Below, in pieces: positions 1 to 11,037 of a DNA stretch of 64,000 nucleotides (the first letter of the stretch is position 1; every line of letters begins with the position of its first letter). Both the position numbers and the translations under genes were made by a program. The notes under the pieces were generated by a model. That model worked only from the letters and a program-made list of their open reading frames with translations. It was not told where the DNA came from and ran no database searches. The stretch comes from Mytilus californianus. Its lineage: Eukaryota. The stretch covers positions 64,356,001 to 64,420,000 of the forward strand of contig NW_026262712.1 in NCBI RefSeq assembly GCF_021869535.1. Direction: 5' to 3'.

Positions 1-600
1 TACCGCATAACAAGCTACCAAAGGCGCCGAAATAACACAATTCCAACGATGTATACATAACTAACGGCCTGATTTATGTACAAAACAATAATAAACGAAA
101 AACAAATATGATATACAGCATCAAACGACAACCAATGAATTACAGCTCCTGACTTGAGACCAGCGCATACAGAATGTGGCGGGGTTTAACATGTTTGTGG
201 GCGCGCTTACCCTCCCCTAACGTGTGACAGTGGTGTAACATCACAACATAAGAAAATACAATAAAAATCAGTTGAAAGGGGCTTAACTTATCAGATAGAT
301 ACAAAGCACAAAAACAACAAACAATAACACAAAAGACACAAGTTACAGATCTGAGAGTACTGAAAGCTAGTTCAAGCCAACTAATAAGAAAACCATGTAT
401 CTTATACTAAAATATCAATCATTCAACTTCCAATGAATTTAGTATAAAGACGCATTGACTGTCAGACAAAAACATGCCCTAGTGCAATGCCAAAATATAG
501 GTATCGACGGATTGTACGACCGCAAATGTACATATGTGTATAACAATAATTTCTAGTTGGGATTTAATTTACTGATAAGAAAATCAATATTTATACCGAA
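1..600 (-). repeat. Copy of the abundant dispersed repeat (family A-related subfamily), truncated at the window start
   Basis: Motifs acgacaacc...gaatt.cag.tcctgacttg.gac and gtaacatcacaacata are the reverse complement of blocks in 2392-2823. Right boundary is approximate. Confidence 0.55.
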
Positions 601-2391
601 AAAAGCAGTATGCAAAGATCTAATAACAGTGATGAATTGGTAACCTTTTAGAATAAGTTTATTGGATCCTCAATGCTCTTTAACTTCGTGCTCTATTTGG
701 CACTTATAACTTTTTTTATACGCGCGTCACTGATGTGTCTTTTGTAGACAAAACGCTCGTCTGGCGTACACAATTTTAATCCTGGTATCATTGATGAGTT
801 TATTTATTTAAAGGATCGATAAGTTTACCCGGATCGTATCAAACTATACGGGCTCGGTAAATAACATCTATTCAACGTAAAAATTTGGATATGCTAATTC
901 GTTCGTAATACTTTTTCTACAGGTACAGCCAAACTTCCAAACTAACTCTATGTACCTATGAATGAATTTAGTAAAGGTTTTAAAAGAGAGGCGAAGAATG
1001 TCAAAGGGACATTCAAACTCATAAGTCGAAGTAATTTGTTGTAACGAAATCCTTAACTTAATAATTTACCATTTTTACATAGCGTTCATTGAAATTCAAA
1101 ACGTTACCACAGACACGGGCATAGCGAACGAGTTTGGATATACACATACCGTAAGATGGTGTCAAAGGAACATCACCATCCAGAATATGAACATTAACAA
1201 TAGGGAACGGAAAACAGGCCCTGTGTCTTAAATTTTTGTGTAGAGTTTCCCGTGTAAAAATTGAAATATCTAAATTTAGGAAAAGACAGTTATTGGCGTT
1301 TATATTTGATTGATTTTAAAGAAAGTTCCTTTGGGGACATTTTTGCAGTACATTTAGAGAATTCTTGATAATTTAACGGGAAAGTATCATCAACTTGAAG
1401 ATAACAGTAAGTGTTGTTGAATTTATCATTTAAATGGAATTTTTAGACGAGTCTTTACTGAGTTTGACCATAAACCTAACAGTACATGAACAAGTCTGTT
1501 ATTAAAGGAGTGCGATCGGTACTGATAGGAATACCTACTACCTATAAATTGACTTTATTTCAAAAACGCACATTACTGTTGTCAAAGACAACATTTACAG
1601 CTTTAATCATCTCATCACAGTTTACTACAATTAAAATATGAGGGGATCTTCTCAAACATCTCAAGTTAGTTAATTTTGCACCTTCTGTAGGAGCAAATAA
1701 AAATCACATCAAAATCCAGGAGAGTTTTTAAGTTTTACCTTTCAGGGTCCAGTCATGCCTTAAAATATAGCAGGTGCACATCTTAGTTTATACTCAGAAT
1801 AAAATTTGTGTTGTATACACGTTCATATTTGTCAATTCCTCATGATGAATCTTATACGGTTTGGAAAAACAAACACATGCATGGGTGTACGAAATGCATT
1901 CTAGATCACTATTAATCGAGCACACCTTTATAAATAATTGCTCTTGTCAACAGTGTTCCACATCTGGGATATTATCATAGTTATTGACATCCAGTATATT
2001 TATCAATTTGACACAGAATAATTTTATTTATGTGCGGGTTTTATATACTTGAAATTACATTAATTTGAATGTAATGGTTTATTTATTTACGGGAACGGGA
2101 AATTATTGTAACAATGTATTCACAAAGCTTCCATGTGTTTGTCATTCATTGGCGTCTTCTAACTCCACGAACAAGTCTAACTGCCACATAATCAAATCTT
2201 TTTGATATACATGATTGGTTTATACATCACGAATACAATTAAAACAATATCGTACAGTTACACTTGCAAACAAACTTCAATGCATACCATAATATTATTC
2301 TTTTAGTAACTTAATTACCTTTACATCCCCCCCCTTTTTAACACATAAATTGCAGTAGCGCATACTGCACAGTTCAAAGTAACTGAACATG

Positions 2392-2823
2392 TTTTGTTAA
2401 TATGTCTTTTGATTGAGTTAAGCCATTTCAATTGATATTCTAGAGTGTGTCTTTCTATGTTGTGATGTTACACTATTGTTTCACGTAGGCTGAAGGTTGG
2501 CGCCTATTAAAACGTTTAAACCCGCTGCATTTGTTTGCACCTGTCCAAAGTCAGGAACCTGATATTCAGTGGTTGTCGTTTGTTGATGTGGTTCATAAGT
2601 GTTTCTCGTTTCTCGTTTTTTATATAGATTAGACCGTTGGTTTTCCTGTTTGAATGGTTTTACACAAGTCATTTTTGGGGCCCTTTATATCTTGCTGTTC
2701 TGTTTTAGCCAAGGCTCCGTGTTGAAGGCCGTACTTTGACCTATAATGGTTTACTTTTACAAATTGTGACTTGGATGGAGAGTTGTCTCATTGGCACTCA
2801 TAACACATCTTCTTATATCTATT
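2392..2823 (+). mobile_element. Dispersed non-autonomous element, family A (about 430 bp)
   Basis: Closely similar copies at 40091-40520 (+) and 37666-38040 (-), and partial copies at about 6690-6865, 23160-23280, 34400-34530 and 37190-37290. The short ORFs 2481-2672 and 2736-3029 lie in or overlap this repeat. Confidence 0.8.
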
Positions 2824-3335
2824 TGCACCCTCTGCAAAATCACCGTTGTTTCGCTTTGCTAAAAAGGAAGATGGTTCAATCATATAAACATGTTGAAGGC
2901 CTCACTGTGACTTTAAGATGTAGAACAGCATTAAAAGCATTGTTCCCTTGCTTTTTGTGTGTTTTTGCATGTACTAATTTTGTGTCATGGATGGATATTT
3001 CATATCCTTTGTTTTTCTATTATAAATGATTTGTGAAACATCAAGGTTGATATTAAATAAAGTTCATGAAGTTTATGAAGAAGTTTTTATTGTTATTTCT
3101 CACCAAATAGTTACGGAAGTGAAGTCGACAAAACATAAGAACAATTACACTAAACATATTCAAGAATGCTCGCAATACTAAATGAAACCGAACTTCCTCG
3201 TTCTTTCCTACGTAGTCAAGTATCCTACCCAATTATTTATATAATCGAAGACACAACGTCTTGTTTTAAAATTATGATAAGATAGAAATCATAAAACTGT
3301 ACATTCAGCGAGTTATTTATCTTCAACACAACAGT

Positions 3336-4760
3336 ATGGATTTTCAACAACGATCAAGACATGCTAATTTTACAATATGCGATAACAACATAGAAAGACA
3401 TGGAGACGAAAACATACCCGATAATAGTTACCAAAGCCTTGTTAAAATTAACACACAAACAGAGGATAATACGTATGATATTATTCACCCTGAAGAAGCA
3501 ACTTCAAACAGTACCGAACGGAACAAATTGGAGAATGAAAACACAACTACATGGACATTTTTAGCCTTACTTTTTTGCATGAGTACCGCCATTTTAGGCG
3601 GTGCTGTGGCATACCTAAGCGCAAAAATACTATCTGTCAGAAGTGACTCGAGTTTATCTGCTGGTAAAAATCAAGAAGCAGGACTCGATCCAGACTTTAC
3701 ATGCAAATGCAAATACGGCTATTCCGGACGATGTTGTGAAATAACGCCATGTGACAGAGTTATTTGCGAGAACGGAAATTCTTGCCTTTATGACGGAAAT
3801 ATGACATTATGTGTTGTTGATTTAATTCAGGCTCCATCACTAGTTAATTGTAAGTCGTTTTGTGCTTCGTCACCCTGTAAAAATAATGGACAGTGTGAAG
3901 AAGTGGTTGGGGGATACAAGTGTATTTGTTCCTCTGAATACACCGGTCTCACTTGTAAAACTTTGATTAATCCGTGCAGTTGTTCACCTTGTAAAAACAA
4001 CGGGACTTGTACTGAAAATGGTTATGACTATAAATGCGTCTGTCCCAACGGATTTTCTGCTACTGACTGTCACGAAACTCAATGCGACAACTCTCCTTGC
4101 AAAAATCAAGGACGTTGTGAGAACATTGGCAATAGACGTACTTGTAGTTGTAAAGAAGGCTATAAAGGAAAAGATTGTGAGAAAACACCTTGTAATGGTA
4201 GTCCTTGTAAAAATGGAGGATCATGTTCAATTTTGGGAAATATCTATCAATGCACATGTCCTCTTGGTACATCTGGAACTAACTGTGAAAATATTTCGTG
4301 TGGATTTCCAGAGTATAGGCAAAATGTTCTGAAACAAAAGACATGCAGTATCTCACCGTGTCTAAAGCATTGGAGATTTAACATTGCAACATTTTCATGC
4401 TATTGGATAGACATCAGAAAAGCGAGATGGAGTTCAGCAAATATAATATGCCAATCAAAAGGGTCCAGTCTCGCTTACATTCAAACTCAGGATGAAATTA
4501 AATGGCTCGAACAATTTGTCAATGAAAACGTATGGGTAGGTGGACGTGTGGTTAACAACCAGTATCGATGGCACAGTCCAGAATATAATTACTCTATCCA
4601 CAATCTGTCTAATTTATGGACTCAGAATGAGCCCGGCACATTCAATAGGGGCCATTGCGTACAACTCTGGAAAAGAACTGAAAGTTTTCTCCTGGACGAT
4701 ACACCATGCTATGAAAAGAAGCGATTTATTTGCAAAACTACTAATCTTCCAGGAATCTAA
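3336..4760 (+). CDS. Type II transmembrane EGF-repeat / C-type lectin receptor (paralogue 1), single coding exon, 474 aa
   Basis: No N-terminal signal peptide; one hydrophobic segment (WTFLALLFCMSTAILGGAVAYL); four complete 6-Cys EGF repeats (e.g. CASSPCKNNGQC...C.C...YTGLTC) after two partial EGF-like modules; C-terminal CTLD with C..W..FSCY, W..A...C, L.YI....E..WL, WVGG, W...EPG, CVQL, DDTPC...KRFIC. Possible acceptor (cag) just before the ATG, so a 5' UTR intron is possible. Confidence 0.9.
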   Translation: MDFQQRSRHANFTICDNNIERHGDENIPDNSYQSLVKINTQTEDNTYDIIHPEEATSNSTERNKLENENTTTWTFLALLFCMSTAILGGAVAYLSAKILSVRSDSSLSAGKNQEAGLDPDFTCKCKYGYSGRCCEITPCDRVICENGNSCLYDGNMTLCVVDLIQAPSLVNCKSFCASSPCKNNGQCEEVVGGYKCICSSEYTGLTCKTLINPCSCSPCKNNGTCTENGYDYKCVCPNGFSATDCHETQCDNSPCKNQGRCENIGNRRTCSCKEGYKGKDCEKTPCNGSPCKNGGSCSILGNIYQCTCPLGTSGTNCENISCGFPEYRQNVLKQKTCSISPCLKHWRFNIATFSCYWIDIRKARWSSANIICQSKGSSLAYIQTQDEIKWLEQFVNENVWVGGRVVNNQYRWHSPEYNYSIHNLSNLWTQNEPGTFNRGHCVQLWKRTESFLLDDTPCYEKKRFICKTTNLPGI

Positions 4761-4950
4761 AACTAACGCCCTTAACCACTTATTTGGTACACCAATGGAC
4801 AAAGATAATATGCATACATATATTATGTTTCGTTCATTCGAAAGAAAAGGTTGATTAAAAAAAAAAAATAAAGATATTTTGTTCTGTTTTCGTGGTTTCT
4901 CTGATATAAATAAAATTGAGAGGCCTGCAAATTATTTAAATTTACATCTT

Positions 4951-5140
4951 ACCCTTCCGGAGAACCTGAGATCACCCCCAGTTTTTGGTGGGGTTCGTAT
5001 TGCCCAGTCTTTAGTCTTCAGTGTTGTATTTTGAGTACTGTTGTTTATCTTTTCGTCGTTTTTCGTTTTTTGCCATGACATTGTCAGTTTGTTTTCGACT
5101 TATGAGTTTGAATATCTCTTTGGTATCTTTTGCCTTCTTT
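4951..5140 (+). repeat. Fragment of an abundant retroelement-associated 3' module (cttacccttccggag..cacccc..gtttttggtggggttcg)
   Basis: The same module recurs, often reversed, at about 7940-8000, 8700-8790, 9060-9170, 28270-28440, 32800-32920, 38330-38430 and 54670-54740. Confidence 0.55.
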
Positions 5141-7839
5141 TTAAAGACTCTTCGAAGTCATATTGTAGCGGCTGTTGATTGAGAATATATATTTAATGGG
5201 AGAATGGCGGATACACGTCGTTTAACATTTCGTCCAAATAACTCAACAAATATATATAAAAGTCAGTTAGCGGGTAACATACGATCATCTTAGATAGAAA
5301 AAAGAGTCACAAAATATCAGCCATCAAGGTCCTAAATTCACAGCAACAATAATGCATCGTGCTTAAGATTTCTTTGTATCATTACGTATTACGAAGTTTA
5401 ATAGTTATTTTGGTGTTTCAGCGGGATTTATCGATTGTAAATATACTTCCTATGCATTCTTATGGAACGCGGAAAACACATTCATTATCCATTTATAGAT
5501 TAACGGCATAGAACTAGACATTGAGTAAAATCAATAACACGAAATTTATTGGCGGATTTCGGGTGCACTGGAAGAGAAGTTAAGCATTTCCTGTTCTATT
5601 ATCTATTATGTTGCTCCTAGTAATGGATCATTTACATGTTGAAACATTGCAGTTACATTTACTTTCCGTCCATATGTAAACATTATATGTTGAAACTGCC
5701 AATTTTTCATCATAATTCTAAGCTATAATTGAACCATTTGTAATGGTAAGGATTCATTAATATCTAAATTGAAAAAAAGAACAATTCCTTGTTTCCCAAC
5801 AAATCTTGTACTGGTTATCCCCTTTCCAGAAATTTAAACAATCCATAAGTAAAATTCCTCTTTGAATTGTGTCTGATTATAATGATGCATTCAATGACGT
5901 AGTTAATATTTGTTTTGGTTTATTTTTGAAAGAAAAAAATCTCCGTACTACATTAATTGACGTTGAAAATAAAAACAACCTGGCTATGTTAAAATATTAA
6001 GGCTAAAAATATTTACGAATCTTGACAATAAGTTAACAATAGAGGGAAAATCAGAGTTAAGATTCATTGATATTGAATTTCTTCCGTATGAACTAAGCAA
6101 GTGTTTTGCATTGTTTATCAGCAACTCTTCATGTGTCTTTTTAATATGTTACCGGATGGGTGACTGGGTGAACAATAGGACGTTTTCCATAATTTAAAAT
6201 ACACTTGAGATTGTGTATTCTCTTGTCATCTCATCAAAAAGATGTGGAAAGCTCAAATTGATCAGTCAAAAAGATTAGTCGTTCATGAATATCTTCAAAT
6301 AATATACTAAGTTTCATTAAATTCCTTAATTCATCTCAGAGACATTGAGCATACCTGACGAAAGACGGTATAACGTAGTATGTATCCTTGCTCCAAAGTA
6401 ATAGAATGATGACTGACTATTTAACTTTGATGCAATATCTGTCATGCATAACTCTCGACACAGAATAAGGACACCTACAGCTTACAGTTGAAATGGTGGT
6501 ATCGGATCAAAGATAACATTGCCTTTCGTGTATTCGATTTAACGAATTAGAAATTAGACTATTTTGAAAAGGAACTGGGGATATCGAGCAAACGACTATT
6601 TATGGATTTTCTCTCTATCTCTCTCAATACGCATTGAAATGTATATACCATCAAATTAGAAAAAAAATCTGCAAATCAATTCATTTTCTGTTTGAATTGT
6701 TTTACACTAGTCATATTGGAGCCCTTTATAGCTTTATGTTCGGTGTGAGCCAAGGCTCCGTGTTGAAGGCCATACTTTGACCTATAATTGTTTACTTTTT
6801 ACACATTGTGACTTGGATGGAGAGCTGTCTCTTTGGCACTCATACCACATCTTCTTATTTCTATATCCCAATCTGTTTTTTCTTACAATTATATGATAAT
6901 AAATACTTAGATGTGCTAGTCTGCCGTAAAAGACTGCGCCACCTGCAATAGAGATGAACTCGATTTTGGAATGCCCCTTTCATGTCTCTACCTTTTACCA
7001 TCACCTCGCAACAACATTGTGGAAGGTAAAATTAACGCGAATGCCCGTACGTCCGTCTGTAACACACTTGTGGCAACTGTAGAGCTAGTGTTGTGTTTCG
7101 CAATCGATCTTCATCACGTTTGATATACACCTTCGATATAGAAAAGTCTATTCACTTTAAAGGTCGAAAGACGATGTTACATATTCTTGTTTAGTTGAAA
7201 ATAAAAATCTATGAGGTAACAAGTACATTAAGGTCAAAATTAACAGACATAGAAGAAACATATGCCGCACTTGTCAATAGTCATACAACATTGTTTAATC
7301 AAACATTAAAAACTAAAATGCCGTTTTTTCCCATTTACTCAACTGTATAAGGAAAGCTAGAAGCTCATCGCAAAAAAAAAAAATAAAGAAGCCTTTCCTT
7401 TTCTTCATACTAAATTAAAAGATAAAAGTGAATTCCAATTAAAAAATGCTTGACAACCAAAACAGGAAAAATATCGTTGTGGTAGGTATAACAGACATAA
7501 AGGCAAAACGTTTTCAAGACAGTAAACTACTTGTCGTATTCATATATAGTATATACGATAACTCTACTACATGAATTTTCGACGATCATTTACATTTCGT
7601 GTTCATTTCAAAGTGTAGACAGTAATTGAAAGGTCGAACTCCCTGTTCACGAAAAGCTATTAAGCGATGTAGAAAAAGTTGTGCTTATTATGTTTATTTA
7701 TAGATTAAGGAACAGATTGATAGAAAAAAAAACAGACTATAAATCATTTTACTAATTGGCAAAAGACAATAATCCTTTTATACAAAGAAAACAGGTACAT
7801 TGGTGTATGTGTGTCCATAAAAAGGGGCAATACAAATTT

Positions 7840-8270
7840 AAAGTCGATGAATACCGAAAATAGCATGGCGCGAAAAAAAAAAGAAAAACGACGAAAAGAC
7901 AAACAACAGTTTACAAAACACCACACAAAAAACTTAATACTAGGCAACACGAGTCCCAACGAAACCCGGAGGTCATCTCCGATGCTCTGGGAGAGTGGGC
8001 AGATACAAATTCGATAATGTTACAATCCATGACAAGAGGTTGGGATTGTGCATTCGACAATTGGGACATATCTATGGTCATCTGTGTCAAATATATTCCA
8101 AAACGGTCTACCAAATCATGCATGCGTCAGTAAGAGATAACTTCCTCCTCTTTCCCACTTGAAACCCTTGGTTCAATTACTTTCTTGTAAGTAGCAACCG
8201 TCTTTTAAGAAAGCATTATAGGAAACACAAGGGGTGAACCAGTGGGCAAAGGGACATTAAAGGTAACATA
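7840..8270 (-). mobile_element. Degenerate reverse-transcriptase C-terminal remnant, probably Penelope-like
   Basis: The minus strand gives frameshifted K.LLLTRK...QGF... and HDLVDRFGIYLTQMT, followed by the module above; a homologous remnant lies at 38086-38460. Family assignment is from recall of such elements in bivalves. Confidence 0.5.
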
Positions 8271-11037
8271 ATAAATAAGTACAGGATTTATTTATTCAAC
8301 ACTCTATCTAGTGCAATATCCAAAACAACCAGTACACAATTTTACAGCATACAAACAAAAGAAACCGCGTCCGTCCGTCTACAACAATCCTTAGAAGTTT
8401 AATAATTTGATATTGCCATTGATTTTATCTTCTTACCATAGGTTTCCTTTGTCTCATTTTTTATTTTTCCTTATTTTCCTAAATTTGATAATTTCAAGGT
8501 CATTTTGAAGAACATTTAACATCAAATCATTAAGAAGTGTTCTGAACAGGGTACTTAAGAAGCTAAGGTTGTGATAAAAATCAAATATGTTTCGAGAATC
8601 AACCAAACATTACAAGTCGAAGAAAAAAAATCAAAAGTAAAAAACGTACCGACTAACAAAGTCTACAAAATACTACACAGGAAACTAAAAAATTATCATC
8701 AAGAACGCAAACAAAAACCGAAGGTGAACTCGGTTGCTGCAAAAGAGACGGCTGTTCTTGCTCCACTAGTGACGCCCAACATGTTACTCCTGTTAAAACA
8801 TTCAAGTGATTTTATTTCCAGAAAAAATATAGGTCTAGCCCGAAGACATCCTCAAATTCAGAAACCATCTGTACATGCAAGATCTCCTACCAAAATCTTG
8901 ACGGAATGTGACAAGATGAAATAAGCACGGTTTATAGGACAAAAGATAAATGTTTAACGAAAAAATAAGGAATACTGGACGACAACAGATGGTTATTACT
9001 CATAATTGCAGAAGAAAACATAAGCAGTAGTCTACAAAACACTGCATAAAGATTCAAATACTGAGCAACACGAATCCCACTAAAAACCGGGGTCATATCA
9101 AATGATTTAGAAGGGTAAGCAGATCCTGCTCCACATTTGACACCTGTCCGGTAACCCACATTGACTATTGACTGCATGTTATCAAAATCTGCATTAAACT
9201 ACACGTATTAAAGTTCAGTTTAAGTTTGAGGAAACTAATGCCGAGTTTAGGCAATTATCGACAAGACTTTGGAATGAAATTGTGGGTGTTTGTGGTCAAA
9301 TTTGAAGTTAATGTGTTCAAAAGTATAAATGAAAGCTATTTTTTGGGGTACGTGATTATGAATTTTGTAGGACAGTCTGCAGTTTTCTGGAAGATATTTC
9401 AATTTTCAAGAATGCTGTTTGATTCGAATAAATTACATCCATTTAGGTTCCATTGCTTCCAAATGATTGACAGTAATATGTACTTAATCCGTATGTTCTA
9501 TAATTTTTCAGTGGTCAGCGGGCTTAATTAATAAGCTATTAACAGTAATTCTGGCTCAATTTCGTCAAAATAAGCTAAAACAAAAACCGTTGATGTATAA
9601 GTCAATAATTCAATTCATTTAAATCCGTATTCATGCAACCTTTTATTTAACCTCTAGTGGAGATGGGTTGCGTATAAGTAAAAATGTGGTCATCATGCTC
9701 ATTCCTTAAACAGAAAAAAACGTGGTCATCATATTCATTCATTAAAAAAAGAATGTCGACATTGAAAAATGAAACAAGGGAGACATAAGGAATAACCATT
9801 ATGTTGACAGATCCTGCCAACAAATAATCTTTCTTTTGCAGGTAACCGATGATTTTCACATACTTTTACCAATAACATGAACTCAAACCGACCTAGAAAA
9901 ATCATCATTAAACGATTGCATGTGTTTGTCTGTCTACTCTGTCTATTAATGTTTATATCGGATTATATGACCGTCGGAAGTCTTCGGCGGTCATCTAGTG
10001 GATAATTAGATGGTGTCTAGTCTAAAATACTCACGAAATGCTGATACAATATAGCGAGTTCATGCATTTTCTTTCTCTACTTTTTGTAATTTAGAAATAC
10101 GTTTAAGTATTTTATAAATCAAGTATATGAGAATTTTAGTCAAATCGGTGAACAGGAGTTTAACATCCATGCCCCTTTAAAAGTTTTATGACAGCTGACA
10201 AGTGAATACAATAGCTTAAATGCCCCTTTAATGAAACTGGAAAGTATATATATAGATGGAAAATCAGATAGAAAAATCGCTTTACTCTACAATAATGGTA
10301 TAAACACGACAAAATATAGGGACAAGTAAAAAAATACCAAGTAATTGTAATGTATAATCTACTTTACAGCTTCTTCAGTGCACGCAGAGCTCAGAATAAA
10401 ACTGTTTTTCACGTCTTTGCATTCTGACATTCTATCGAATAGTGTGCTAATATCTGTTTTCATCTGTCAAAATTTGAGTTTACGACCGATATGTACACTA
10501 TTTACTAAAATCACAGATACCAGCTAGGTATTTTTATTACTCATTAGTAATTGATAACGATTAGCATTGACTACTTTATACCACGATGCGTTAGCACTCT
10601 TCTGTGTATATGATCGCCAGTTCTGTCAAAATAGCAGGGTAGTCGTTATCAAATTCTTTTTTTCTGAATTTTAATGTCATTTACTTATTTCATTTTTTTT
10701 TCGATTTTGATTATGATTTGTATATACAGTTTTTGAAACTAATAGCGTTTCTGTTGCAATTAATTTGCAATTAGTTGAAGGTAAAAATAATAATTTGATT
10801 GCACTATACGTAACAACACCGTACCCGATAATGTCATTTACCGAAGGAAACGACAAATTCTTCATTGTGTTGAAGTTAAGTACTTTACACTTCATTGACA
10901 AATATTTAGATGATCCCGGACTGTTGAACTTCGTTTATCTGTATGAGTAATAATTAGTCATATATTAACAGTTAAATACTTTAATTACAAGGAAATATTA
11001 CATCAAAAAGACGCTATTTATTTATCAACACAGCACT

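Noticed and set aside
2481-3029. Short ORFs in family A repeats (also 37916-38224, 34741-34923, 17684-17884)
   Set aside because: They lie in multi-copy non-coding repeats, and the frames are not preserved between copies.
4018-4854. Alternative-frame and antisense ORFs overlapping the lectin genes (also 11130-12457)
   Set aside because: Shadows of the real Cys-rich CDSs; no independent domain features.
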